A stretch of 64,000 bases of DNA from Camelus ferus (lineage: Eukaryota). Both the position numbers and the translations under genes were made by a program. Location of the stretch: contig NC_045697.1 of NCBI RefSeq assembly GCF_009834535.1, forward strand, positions 92,506,001 through 92,570,000, in the 5' to 3' direction. A model generated the notes under the pieces. That model ran no database searches and was not told the DNA's origin. It saw only the letters and a list, made by a program, of their open reading frames with translations. Below are positions 1 through 13,035 of this stretch, in pieces (position 1 is the stretch's first letter; every line of letters begins with the position of its first letter).

Positions 1-404
1 TCCATTATAAAAAGCTTTATAACACTGTCCTCTGCCATCCCCGAAATGAAGTTATATTAAAAATGCTGATGCAGAACGGTTTTTCGAAAATGTTGATGGA
101 CTGCTGTCATAATGCGAGAGATTCCCCCCGTGGTGTTTAACTCAGTAAAATGACTGAAACCTCCCTCCCAGCCTGCAAAGTTGGTATCTCCTCAGTGGGT
201 GCCCTTTCACCCCGCCTTGAGATCTGAGACTCCTTCTGTCAAGCAACAAATCGCAGGAACATACACTTGGCTGTTGTCCGTCATGCAAGTGACAGCAAAT
301 ATCTCACCACCTGTTGTTTTGATTGCTTATTCTATTGTAGAATACAGCACTTGAGAATGCAATAGAAAGACTCTCCTATATTTAGAATGTATTAACTTTC
401 TAGA

Positions 405-508
405 ATATGAAAATTAATATATGTATATTCATGTATGACTGAAGAATTGTGCTGTACACCAGAAATTGACACAACATTGTAAACTGACTATACCTCAATA
501 AAAAAAAT
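405..508 (+). mobile_element. Short 5'-truncated L1 3' tail (~100 bp)
   Basis: L1 3'UTR end TGCTGTACACCAGAAATTGACACAACATTGTAAACTGACTATACCTCAATAAAAAA, homologous to the L1 tails at 48.1, 54.7 and 62.9 kb. Candidate TSD AACTTTCTAGA (394-404) / AAATTTCTAGA (509-519). Confidence 0.85.
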
Positions 509-799
509 AAATTTCTAGAGTTATTAATCTACTGGAAGTTCTCTACACAGGATCTAGTCCCTAATTTACACTCTCCTCATGGATAAGGTTGATATAAAAG
601 AAGGAAAGATGGTCAGATCTGACAGAAGAGAAAGAGGATCTCAGTCTGGAAAATCCACCTGATCCCTACCCCAAACATTGTTCTGAATAGCTTCCTTGTG
701 CAAATTCAGAATATCTGGAATATGTGATCATTTTGTAATGTAAATGTATAGGTTTAATGCTAACTTATTTTATAAAATATTGAGTTAACAAATTATTGT

Positions 800-3700
800 T
801 GTCTTGGGTCATGTTTCCCAGAAGTATATCCTGAGACAAAGATTCCTGTGTAAGTGACTTATGGAGGAAGTACTTCTAGTGAAAACTATAAAGGAGTATA
901 GGACACAGAGTAGGCCAGTTGAAACAAGAGTAGTGTATTAGTTAACATTTGCTGTGAAACAAACCATACTGATTCCACTAATTTAAACAAAAATCATGCA
1001 TTGTCCCATATTTGGGGGCTTGGAAATTTGTGCTGGATTCAGCCAAGTGGTTGTTTTGTTGGGCTCCATCAGCTAGCAGGTTAGCTGTGGTCTGACTGGA
1101 CTATGATGGCCTTACTCGTATGTCTGACAGTTGGTCCTGACTCTTGAGTAAGGCGCTTTGGCCATGTATCTCCAGCAGACTAGTCCAGCTTTATTTACAT
1201 GGCAGTGTTTGAAAGGTCCTCATGAGGAACAAGTGAGTACAGCTTCAGAGCACAAGTACTTCCATATCTGCTAATGTACCATTGGTCAAAGCAAGTTACA
1301 TAGCCAAACCAGAGTCAATGTATGTAAGGATTATCCAAGGGCATGAATACAGGGAGAAGTAAGTCACTGTAAATCATTATTGCAGCAATCTACCACAGGT
1401 AAAATCACAAGCAAAGAGCACAAAGCTGAAGAGAAACCTTGGAGTAAGATCAGAGTTGTCCTATCCTGATGCAAGGGAACAGGCTTTCAGTGTTCTGTAC
1501 TGGTTAAGTATTGGCTCAGGGGGACCAGGTCCTTGTTGCTGTCTCCTAATACTGGCAAAGTGGGTCCTCAGGTGCTGGTTCTTCTAAGTGAAAGTACACA
1601 TGAGATACAGAGGATACAGCGGGGGTTATCAGAGGGGACAGGGGACACAGAGAGGTAAAAGCTATTTGCCAGAAAATGGACCGAGCATCAACATTGTCTG
1701 CTACAGTATCCCCTTTCATTGCTCAGACTCAGTAATGTTGATTTGTTCAAGGATTAGTGAACAAAGGGTATTCAGAATGGTGATTTTCTGGGGAAGAATA
1801 CAAAAGAATGATTCCCACAAATGGTCCTTAGCATGACATGTTCAGCATCTCTTTTCACTACAACCTAGTCTAGATCACCCTTTCCCTAAGCTATTCCTTC
1901 TACAGGTCTAGATGGCTTGTCTGGTGGCATGATCTAGACCTTCATAGTTCTAAGGATCTGAGCTCCTGACTATCTTTTTTTAAGTCAGGCTGTGGTTGTT
2001 GTAATTGCTCATTAATAGCTAAAACTGGGCATGCCAATATTGATAGAGGTCTCTGAATTACATAGATATCTCGGTCTTCTCCCAATATGTAGCATCAAAC
2101 TTATGCCCTCATAAGGATCAGCGTCAGTTATTGCTGCCAGGATGGTAATTTCTTTCTTTGCTTACTGATTTCTGCAAGTTTGGGACACAACATGATAAGG
2201 TGGTAGCTGTAGCTTTTGGGTTACTGGGACTTTTATAGCATCTCCCTGTGGGAACCAAGATCTCTAGACCTAAGGGACCATAGATGTGAAAATCAGTAGC
2301 AAAAATTCCTCACATAGGTCACTCAAAGTGATGATGAGTAGGACCACTCTTTCTTATATTCCTTGGTTCCCAGGCTCATATGGTCCACCTATCATTGACA
2401 CAGGCCCTATGGTGGTTGGTTCAGGGTACATGCCACATCTTGAAGGACAGAATCTCATTCACATACAGAATTGTCTCCAAGCTGCCTTAGCTACACTTTC
2501 AGCAGCCCGTTTCAGCACTCTTAAGAAATTGCATCTCCTAGTGATAATGTTTATGGTAGTACCAGGGGATCCCATAGTAATGTGCCCATTGTCTTAAATT
2601 AATCCCTCTTATCCAAACAAAGCTTTATATAGGATCTCTTGTTGGTAAATCAGACAGTCTGTGGGCTCACAGACATTGATGTGCGCAGGGCAGTGTCAGC
2701 AAAATCATTCTTAAATTTCCTTAGGAAAACCCTGATCCCTTAAGCACTGCTGAGATCCTTGTAGAAGGTTTTTTACCAGCCACTTCGGACTGGTTGCAGG
2801 TCTTAGTAATTAAGTCTGTCTTATTTTTGACTTTAAATACTACTTCCTGGTTTCTGCATGTTTGGCATCCTATCATGTGTTTTGACACTAAGGAGCCCAG
2901 TTGTATAACTGCATCTCTTACGGTCAGCACCAGACTGAAAAATAACAGCTACTACTAGGCTTCTAGATTGTATTCCTCATCATTGTTGAAAAGTGTCCTC
3001 TGGCTCTCTCAAGGATCATAATCATCAGAGGAGGGAATAGTGGATTGGAATCTTATATAATAGATTTACTCTGTCAAGCTCACTTCTGTGTGTCTTGGGA
3101 ATCTTTTCTCAACATTCTGCCAAAAGGAATCTGACATCTTTATTTTATTTAATATGAACCATAATTTTTTAATTCACAGAGCCATTATTGGAGCATATTA
3201 GAAACTGATCCAGGTGCCTTTGCCTGGCTGTTAAATCCGAAATCCTGGGAAAATCTTCCCATATCAAAACCCCCCCCCAAATCCTCCACTGTTTAGCTTC
3301 AAGTTCTGCTCCTACTGGACTGGGTCTCTCAAGATCTATCCCAGGCATCATTCCTCAGTTCCAACTGAGACATAATAGCTTTGTCCTGCGGCTTCTTTGG
3401 TGATTGATATTTTTTGGCTCTTAACAGGAGCAACTTCCCTTCAATTGAGCCATGCTGGGACTTATAGAGGAGGGCATTGTTACCTTCTAGAAAGGGAGAA
3501 ACAAGCCAATTCTGTAGGCTCAGAATATTGAGAAAGTTTTAGGGATCCAATATTCTTAAGAACTCCCGCCAAACACCCCCATCCCAAGTGTCAGGAGGTT
3601 TGGGCAGCAAAGTCAATCCTTTCTGAGTTTCTTCTACCTTACTGTTAGTCCTTGGCTCATCTACAGAATAATCTTCCCTTAGGCTATATGAGATGAGGAT

Positions 3701-4415
3701 CTCTTTCTATGAAGGTGTTCTAACTTTTATACCATGCTTTAAATTGCTAATTGAATGACCTGAGGTTGCCATCTCCTTTCTTTAATGCATCACTAGAATT
3801 AAGCAAATATCTATTTCTTAGTTTTTATAATTATTGCTATTCACCTCCATATAATCGCAAATACTGGATATATCATAAAGGTCAGAGCATCCAATTCTAC
3901 CTCCATCCTATCCAACTTTACCACAAGTGAAATTCTTACCAGCATTGTCTCTGTTGCCATCTAACCTGAGAGTGATCCCACTTCAGATCTCATCATTAGG
4001 ATCTGCTTTCTAGGACCATGACTGGTATTTATACATGTTAAGTTTCCCAGAAACTGACTCAAGACAAATATTCATTTGCAAATGATATATTAAGAAATGC
4101 TCCCAGACTCTGGTGTGTAAGTATAACTCAGAGTTTCTCCACACTGAGTCAAGGATGCTGGACTCTCATACTCCAAAATGTATTGCCTTCTCAGGGGGAC
4201 AAAAACTACCAGACAATTTGGGTTCTTTATTATGTGTGTAAAGTTATTCTGGTGCCTCAAAGGTAGTCCTCAGAAAAGAGCTTTAAGCTGATGGCTGTTG
4301 AAAGAAAAAGTGAATCTAAACCTAGGTGAGGATAGTGGTGATGAGTTGAGTAGTGGAATAGGAGGGCACAATATGATAAAAATGGATTCTAATACCCCAG
4401 TAATGTCTTAGAGAA
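800..4415 (-). mobile_element. Ancient, internally deleted ERVL (class III) provirus with two LTR16/LTR33-like LTRs
   Basis: LTR-like blocks at ~800-1704 (ending ...TGTCTGCTACA, next to a minus-strand purine tract) and ~4031-4415 start with related TTTCCCAGAA...AGACAAA-ATTC sequence. Minus-strand remnants: PDTWDG (3578-3595) and LTVRDAVIQLGSL (~2890-2930), both ERVL gag-like; QWAHYYGIPWYYH (2553-2591), ERVL integrase-like. Many stops. Confidence 0.75.
934..1397 (-). mobile_element. MLT1 (MaLR) solo LTR nested in the ERVL LTR
   Basis: TGTATTAGTT...CAATCTACCACA termini and internal GCAAGTTACATAGCCAAACCAGAGTCAA, typical of reverse-oriented MLT1G/H. ERVL LTR sequence resumes after 1397. Confidence 0.8.
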
Positions 4416-5217
4416 TGGAAGTTCACTCTCTGTATTGCAAGTGGGAATTTATAATGTACCCGTTTATAGATATAACGTTTTAATTATTTTTGAGTAAAAT
4501 TGATCTAGTGCTGCCATCATCCATTTACATAACAATTGCATAATCTATTTGAAAAAAAATTGTGAACTGTTAAGTACTATAGAATGAAAGTTTTTATAAT
4601 ACTAATTAATATTTCTTAATTTACTACAAACATTTCTGTGGGTTGACAGTTACTTAACCATGATTTTTAAAATTGATTTTAAAGGAAAATGTGTTGTTTA
4701 TTTCCAACAAATATTTTACAAAATAGTATTAATTCAGCCCACTTGGTTATATTCCCTTGATGTCAACAGAGAATACATCCTCCTAGTAATCTTCAGTGGT
4801 TCCAGTCAGTGGATTTTAAATTGTCAGTACAAGATTCTGAATCCTTTTCATCAATAAAATCTAATTTTAATGGATCTTTAAAAGTTGTTTTATGTACTAT
4901 TTTACAAATATTTTTATAGAATACTTAAAGAAATTGTCAGTTTGAGCACCTTAACATTTGTTTGTTTTCCCCTACATCCAATATGCATATTATCAAGTGT
5001 AATATATCCAAATAATATTGCTTGATTGTGTTGATGTTTCTAATGTTGTAAGTTATATGTTTACTTTTTGAGAGACGCATAATCAGTATCACAATGAGAC
5101 AGACCATGACTGATAGATGTTTAAATAAGATAGAGAAGGAGCATGGCTTTAATGCATATGATTTTTGAGCAAACATATAAACATACATCGTAGTCTTTTG
5201 TGTTGCTTTTGTATATA

Positions 5218-5220
<3 letters not shown>

Positions 5221-5254
<34 letters not shown>
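5221..5254. repeat. (GT)17 microsatellite
   Basis: Perfect GT dinucleotide run. Confidence 0.98.
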
Positions 5255-5257
<3 letters not shown>

Positions 5258-5384
5258 GTAATAGCATTTTAACAAAAATAATGAGGAACCTTAAACCATA
5301 TTTGGAATAGGTTGTATGTAATAATCTTCTTGTCTTCCCAACATTCCTTTCACCATGCTCATTAGCCATACTGTTTGTATGACT

Positions 5385-5850
5385 CAAACAGATGCTCATT
5401 TCCCCCCTCCAGCAGGAGAAACCCCACCTCCTCCCTCTTGCTGCAGCGATCAGCTTGGGTTATCCCTGCCTATGCCAATCAGCACATTGCATGTTTCAGG
5501 ATAAAATAATGCTATCAACAAGGAGCATTTGAGTCCATTTGAATCAATAAGATATGAGGGAAGGTTTTCTGGAGAGACAATGAAGATAAAATTTCTTCCC
5601 TCTCCTGGAAGAGATACAGGAAGCTAACATTTTCTTGTGTGGTATGCCGATAGGAAGCTGAGAACTCCTGTAGCTGCCCAGATAAATGTCTGGGATTAGT
5701 GGAAAGCCAACAGCGGAGAATGCAGAGAGCAGAGGAAAGAAAGTCCTTGCTAAAATAGGTAGATTTCTACTTCATTAAAAATAAGTCAATCTCTTTATTT
5801 CAGGAAAACTGGAAACTTTTCTGCCTCTTCATCTGAAAGTTAAGAGAACC
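5385..5850 (+). mobile_element. Degraded MLT1-type LTR
   Basis: CCAATCAGCACATTGCA, GAATCAATAAGATATGAGGGAAGG and the terminal TTTTCTGCCTCTTCATCTGAAAG resemble old MLT1K/L LTRs. Confidence 0.5.
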
Positions 5851-8800
5851 AGGAAATACACATTTATGTTTGACGATTTGAGTTTGTTTCCTATTACTTC
5901 TACATTGAAGACTCTTAACAGATACAGATATATTTCAGTTCTCCACATAATTCAGGATTCATTAGCTTATTCATTCATTTATTTAAAGAGATCTTCACAA
6001 ATTGTATATCATAGACATAAACAGCTAATTATAGTTTTAAACATGCTTTTCATAAATTCATGTTTTCTACTATAACAAAGTAATACCTGTGTGGTGCCAG
6101 ATGCTGCCATATTATGATGAATAAGAAATATTTGCCAACAACTATTTTATAGTTTTGGTTCATAAACTCCTAGAACCTTGATAATAAACTTAACATAAAT
6201 TTAGTTTTCTACAGGTACATTGGCCAAAATGTGATACTATGAAATAGAAACTATATGTGTACAAATATTTGAAGAAGCATTTAGCATTTCTTAATTCTGT
6301 ATTTTTAGCAAATCCATGTATCACTGAAGGAAGTTCTCTGAAGACAAAGGAAGACCCTGTTTATCTGTGGACTCTGACCAGAACAGTTGGTCTGGAGCCT
6401 ATTTAAAGAGGAGGCATATCACTTCCAGCTCACACTGACATGGTTAGCCCAATCTTGTTGGTTTGATTTTGCTCCCTCTATAACCCTGTGGAAAATTAGA
6501 GGAAAAACTCCACCCTCGTATATTAAAGAAAAGATAGGTTAAACAGAAATGATTAAATACATCAAGAACATAAGATATTCAAGCTGTAGTGAGGCAGTAT
6601 TGACAATTCCAGGCAGCTGCCCTGGCTTCCCCAGCCCACTCCCTACTTCTCCATCACTGCCTTCAATATCCCTGACATCAGTGACTACTTACACCCGGTT
6701 AGAGGTCATCACGCTCTCCTGCTTACTAAAGTGTTAAATACTTTTGCGTTAAGGGCTTTCCAATCCTAGAGTATTTGCATTTTAATAAGGAACTACTGAA
6801 GACTGAAAAACCTTTAGGACTTAAAGGAAAACAATTCTAATATTTCAAGGTGAGGCACTTGCAATTTAATTCAGAGTAAAACAAAATTCACGATGTGATT
6901 AGGTACATAATTTAACCTTGTGCAATGCCAATCCTGTTTGAGTAAAAGGAGAATGAGGGACTTGATAATACTCAAAGTTGCTTTTATTTCAGTCTCTGTA
7001 AATGGCCTAGATCATGTATCAGGAAAAAATGTTCTTTCCCAAACCCTTTTATAAAAATTTTATTCCAGCCAAGTTTTTCATACTAAATTATGTATTTGTA
7101 AACACAGGGACTAACAATCATGTCTCCACACAGAGAGTAGCATGCTCTCAATTTCTCTCCCTATGATGTCTGAGTACATAGGCTGTTTGGTGCCTTTCAG
7201 TAATCTGTCCAAATACCACGATCAGCGAAGTGGCAATATGCACCTTGGTGTAGACTTATCCTTCAAACAGAGATTACTAATTGTCTGGAAGGAGCAATAT
7301 CTGCTATTATCTTTCTTGAAAAATATTTCAAGCACTAAACAATTCAAATATAAATGCCTTGCTTATGCTTGATGTAGCCTTTAAAAGTGACATGCTTTTA
7401 TATGTTCCATTGAGGTTTAGGGGGATGAAACAGGTGACAAGTAATAAGGAAGAACTAAAAATACTGTAGAAGGAGAAACTGAATTCCACGTGAGTATTGT
7501 AAATTAAAAGAGTTGTGCTTCTAAAAGGAATAAAGATGAACAGCAATAATAAAAATGAATATAAATGAAAAAGACAAAGTATATAATGTTTTGTAAAGAT
7601 TGCATGTAAACTAAAGAGAGAAATATTGAGGCATGGAATACAGCAGCTCTATTTGTGTAAGATAAAATTTAATTTCATTGCTTAAATGATGAAAAATAAT
7701 ACTGAATGCTCTAATGAGGGTGATCCAATCCAAATATCATTTAGATGATGGATTTCATGAAGATAATATTGTACGAGATCCAGATCTGATGGCAATGCCA
7801 TTAGAAAAACCACTTGATATTTATATGCTCTAAATTAAAGATTGCTGAAAATTAAGAACAATTAAGAGTGATATTGTTTAGAGATATTTAAATAAAGGAA
7901 TCATCTGGATGTAAAGAAAGGTGAAATTTTTCTTAGTATCTAACCAGGTCTCACCAGGAAGTCGTGGGAAGGTATTTCTGATAGGACTGGCCTTATTCAA
8001 ATACAAGGTACAAGATACTTTCCATGCCCTTCCAATAAACTAGGATGAGAGTTTTTTCATGAAAAGCTATATAAAAATAATTTTTGAATGACTTTTCATT
8101 TTTCTTCCTAAAATGATGAGATAGCAAAAGATTTCTGTATATAATTTTTGGCTATAATGTGTACAAAGCTGAAAAAGCCATTTGTGGTTGTTTTCAAATT
8201 TAACCCAGTTTTACATGTTTTTCTACTAAAATTGCAGAAACTTACTTTTCTCGCCACATTGTATGATTTGTGGTACCCAGTTAAATCAGATATTTTAAAA
8301 TATAGTTTTGTATTTCTAAACAATACCAGTGAGAGTAAGTTATTTAAATTAATGTTCATATATGAAAAGCATTTTGCTTTTGAAAATATTTTTGATTATG
8401 TAAATGAGCTTATAGTTTTAATTTTATTATATTTAAAATTCTTAGGAAACTGACAATGGAAAACAAATAGCTCTCATTTTTGTCTTGGACATTTGCAAGC
8501 AAACTTTATCATCTCAATCTTTAGAATTATTTTCTTAGGAAAGCAAGCTAATACTATTTTCATCTATAGCCCTTCTAGGTATTTCTTTTTTATGACTCTA
8601 ATGGCCGATAATATCTGCCAATGTTACTAGAAGAACAGTATTGTGTATTATAGGACATCTAATGCTTTATTTAAGTGAACTGTGATAAAAATGAATTCTT
8701 CACAGGATATTTGTTTTAAAGCCCTAGGTTCAATCATATTACTGTCCTGGTAACAGTGTCCTTAGCCAATCCATTATTTAATTAAGAGTCTGTGCTGGCC

Positions 8801-8879
8801 AGATCCTCTATGAGTGTCTGCAGTACCCTCTGGTTCTTGAAAATCAGACAGGTTGAGAAAGAGAACTTTGCATTAGTTT

Positions 8880-9055
8880 AACTATGGCACTTATCTAACT
8901 GGATTTTAATTGCTTGGTTGTTTTCCTGAGTTTCTTATAAAACTTGAACAGTGGGCGAGCAGTGATTTCATCTTGTTTTCCATTAAATCTGTTCTACTTG
9001 CTAATGAAACTGACACACAGTAGGTATCCAATGAATCTTTTTTAAATTAATGGAA
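8880..9055 (+). mobile_element. L2 3' end fragment
   Basis: Ends in CTGACACACAGTAGGTATCCAATGAATCTTTTTTAAATTAATG, resembling the L2 tail. Confidence 0.55.
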
Positions 9056-9279
9056 GGATTTTTTTCTCCAACATAATAAAACATAAAGGAAAAACGCACT
9101 GTATGAATACACATGGCATTTTCAACCTCATGTATGCCAGATAGATCAGGAGCAACAGAGAATCACAAAAATGCTAAGTAAGCAAATGACAAAATATTAC
9201 ATGGAGGACAGTTAATCTAAAGGCATCTGCGGGGAAAAAAGGCTGCATTTTCAGAGTTAAATTTTAAATTTGAATAGGT

Positions 9280-9395
9280 TTGGGCAGGTGCATACGGACA
9301 GCTTCAACACTGTTGATAATGTTTAATTCTTAATTTGGATGGTGGGTTTATGGTTGTTTAATTTGCTATTATTTTGTATAATTTACATATACACA
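9280..9395 (+). mobile_element. Old L1 (L1ME-like) 3'UTR fragment
   Basis: TGTTGATAATGTTTAATTCTTAATTTGGATGGTGGGTTTATGGTTGTT resembles L1ME 3' ends. Confidence 0.5.
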
Positions 9396-11010
9396 GCTGA
9401 AATTATTTGTATGTGCATAATAGTACAAATATTTTTAAAGGAAAGTATAAAATATTATAATCTTTTATGCCGTAAAAGCATTTAATTCTACTAAAAGCAT
9501 GTAAGGAATAGATAACTCCATTTAGACCAGACATTTTTATGATCAGGGAGACAGTCGGTGTCAGAAGGTGGCAGTGTAGCACTTTCTTTTCCAAATAAAA
9601 TGAACTAGCTTTAAAAATACCAAAATGTAGCCCTTTCCAGATGTAGGCCTCAGGGCCACATTCAGTCCTGCAACTCACTTCTCATTGTTGGCTATGTCTC
9701 ATTAGGAGATTAACTGCTTAAAATGCAATGCTAATGTGAAAGTTTTAATTGGGAAATCCTGTGCATATTATATTAATCTTAAGTGCCTTTATCTAAAATT
9801 CCTGTTTCTTTTCTCTGATGTTTGGCATTTCCAAATGTTGCACACTATTTCTATCTGTAGAAAATAAATTGCATGTGGGATAGTAGTGTACTTTATTATT
9901 TTAAATATATCTTAAAATGCTATTCAAGCTTCTTTTATAATCCTTTCATGCATAGCTTTAGTAAAAACAAAATCTACATCCTTAGATATTTATTATGAAG
10001 TAAAAATATTTGGCAAGCATTAAAGTATAATTGAATGAGAAAAATGAATCTACATAGAAGAGACTAAAAATTCAAATTTGGTTCCCTATAAGGTAAAGCA
10101 TGTATCAGGAAGAAAAATGATTTACACCTTTTCCTAGGACTCAACATTGCATATTTATAGAAAACAATCAGGGAAAACTAAGATATAATTAAGTAATATC
10201 ATGTCATAATACTTATTTAAATGGTTAGCTTTATTAAAAATGTATATAAGCACATAGGCATGAATATGGATTACAGTTTCTAATATTTGGTTGTCATCTT
10301 TTTAATGTATTTATTTATTGTATATAAACATTTGAAAAGCTGATCACTCTTCAACCCATAGGCACATTAACTTTTAAAACTGTAAAAGCAATTTTGTTTT
10401 AAGAATGGTCCTAGCCATCTCAATGATATATTTCACAGTTGTAGTGATTTTATTGGCATTAAGAATATACAATATCTCATAAAAAAACAATAATTTAATC
10501 ATACTCATATTTATGTTCATTGAATTTTATAGTCATTGAAGATTTTCACTTGTTTTTAATGTAAGTCATGGACTTTTTTTTAACGATATTAATTGTATCG
10601 GCATAAAACTGGACTTACAAATGTTCATACTGGTCAAATTTTATGTATCTTTGTATAAAAGAAGATATTATTTTTGCATTTTGTTTTTAGTGTTTTATGG
10701 AGAAATACTATTTTTGTTTTCCTTTGTTTAACTTTATTTCCCATGATAGTTTTATTAATAGGCCATTTTTATGGAGGTGGTCAAAGATAACATACAGTCC
10801 ATACTCTATAAAGTAATGTTTATGAGGTAATTGGCAAACAGAACAAACAGTGAGTAATTATTCACTGTTCTTAGTGCTACTTACATGAGAGGACAGGAAC
10901 AATAGAAACAGCAGAAGAATTTAACAGGAGAGGCATGTATGTGAATTATGAATCTTAAATTTCAACACTAGTAAGGTCTATCTTATGAATACAAATAAGC
11001 TTTCTCATTT

Positions 11011-11284
11011 ATAAATTCCTAGAAGCATACAATCTACCAAGACTGAATCAGGAAGAAATAGGTGATATGAACAGACCAATTATCAGTAATGAAATTAAAT
11101 CAGTAATTAAAAAGAAAAAAAAAGACTCCCAACAAACAAAGGTCCAGGACGAGATGGCTTTGTAGGTAAATTCCCTCTACTGAACATTTAGAGAAGAGCT
11201 AACACCTATCCTTTTCAAACTATTACAGATAAACTTCAGAGGAAGGAATGCTTCTGAACTCATTCTATGAGTCCAGTAACACCC
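11011..11284 (+). mobile_element. L1 ORF2 internal fragment (upstream of RT)
   Basis: Encodes KFLEAYNLPRLNQEEIGDMNRPIISNEIKSVIK, then GPGRDGF and SFYESS; frameshifted. Confidence 0.9.
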
Positions 11285-11350
11285 ATATATACAAAATACA
11301 TACATGTTTTATATACATATACCATATATACATATACAAAGTCATTCGCA

Positions 11351-11625
11351 TTTTCTATGTATAGTGTCATCCGCAAATAGTGAGTTTTACTTCTTGCTTC
11401 CTTGTTTGGATTCTTTTAATTTCTTTTTCTTGTCTGATTGCTGTGACTAGACTTCCAATATTATGTTGAATCAAAGTGGTAAGACTGGACTTCCTTGTTT
11501 TGGTCCTGATTTTAGAGGAGATCCTTTCAGCTTTTCACCTTTGAGTATGACGTTAGCTGTGGTCTTGTCATATATGACCTTTATTACCTTGAGGTATGGT
11601 CCCTCTGTATCCACCAGAGTTGAGA
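11351..11625 (-). mobile_element. L1 ORF2 RT-domain fragment
   Basis: ORF 11471..11737 contains EGPYLKVIKVIYDKTTANVILKGEKLKGSPLKSGPKQGSP, homologous to the RT at 61.7-61.9 kb. Confidence 0.9.
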
Positions 11626-12079
11626 AGTAGAGTTTGTTTTTTTTATTTACCACCTCTGGTGGTGTATTCAAGCTCTGGAATTTAACCCATGCTATGAGGA
11701 TGAATTCTAAATCTATAGATAGTCCCAGAGTGTTCAAACTATAGTTTTATATCCTCAGTTGCTGTTGTGATAACACTACTATCATGTTTATTGATTATTG
11801 AAATCAAGAATTTAGAAGTATTTATACACTATATTAGTTTTCCCCAAAATTCTACCTTTGCCTTCCAAAATGTTCCATTGTGCTCACATTCTCCATTTCT
11901 TTTTAGGGTATCTTATATTTTCACATTTATCTTCACTGTCCACTCAAACCTATGTAGTCTCTGGATGTGCAACATTCATTATTTTTCTGCCTTTAGAAAC
12001 ATACTTTTAGTATCTTCCATCTTGCTTTATTTGTGCCCTAGATACTTTTATCAAGTTCCATATCTTTAGATAAGTTCTG

Positions 12080-13035
12080 TATGGGTGCACATGACACCAG
12101 ATTTTATCTGAAGACCTTAGGGTTCTGATGAACTCATGCATCCAACTACCTACTTCTCATTTGGATTTTTAATAAATATATCAAAGTTAATACAATAAAG
12201 CAGACTATTTGATTTTCCTCTCAGACCTACTTCTCTCTCATTCTTCACCATCTCAGTAAAGGTCACTGCTGTTGACCAGCATACTCAGGCCAAAATCCTA
12301 AGTTTTATTATTGATTCATCCTCTTTATCACCCTCTACATTCTATATATCAGCATGTTCTCTTGGGCTTACCTCATAAACAAGTTACTTGTCATTATCTC
12401 CACACTACCCCTCTGGTTCATGCCACTATGTTCTCTGATCTAGGTTATAATAATAAACTCCTGTCTGATACTCTTTCACACTGCTCCCATCCAATGATTT
12501 GTCAACACAGCAGTCAGTACGATACCTTACAAACTGAAATCATAGCATACCACACCTCTGTTTACAACTTTGAAATGAATTCTGGTCTGTCAGAGTCAAA
12601 TTCAAGTAACTAGCATAGCCTGCTGGGCCTGTGTGATCTGGCTCCCATGTTCGGCTCCAACGTTTCCTGCCTTACTGTCTTTCATTCAGCTGTGCTCTCC
12701 CTCCTCCTGTTCCTCACTTCCTCTTCAAAGCATTTGTTATTGCTGATTCTCCTACTAGGAACTCTCGTCCTGATAATGTTTATATTATGTTTCCCCCTTC
12801 CCAATTTAGTTCTTTGATTAATGGACATCTCCTCAGAGAAACCTTCCCTTACTGTTTAGTCCAAAATATCTGCTGTTCTTTTACTTAACTTAGAGTGCAT
12901 TTATATGTAGTGTGCCTTTCCTATGAGAATGTAAACACTATAAGGGCAGGGGTTTTACAATTTTGCTTTTCATTTCAGCACCAGGAACAATGTCTGGAAT
13001 CTGGAAGACACACAGTAATTATTTGGTAAAAGATA
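12080..13035 (+). mobile_element. LINE-2 (L2a-like) 3' portion
   Basis: CCATCTCAGTAAAGG, CTCAGGCCAAAATCCTA, CCTCAGAGAAACCTTCCCT and tail GAATGTAAACACTATAAGGGCAGGG...CCAGGAACAATGTCTGGAA. Confidence 0.8.

Noticed and set aside
4937..5399. His/Thr-repeat proteins (THTHTH ORFs)
   Set aside because: They are translations of the (GT)17 microsatellite.
9561..9574. CTCF-like site TCAGAAGGTGGCAG
   Set aside because: Two mismatches to the core consensus; not supportable without ChIP data.
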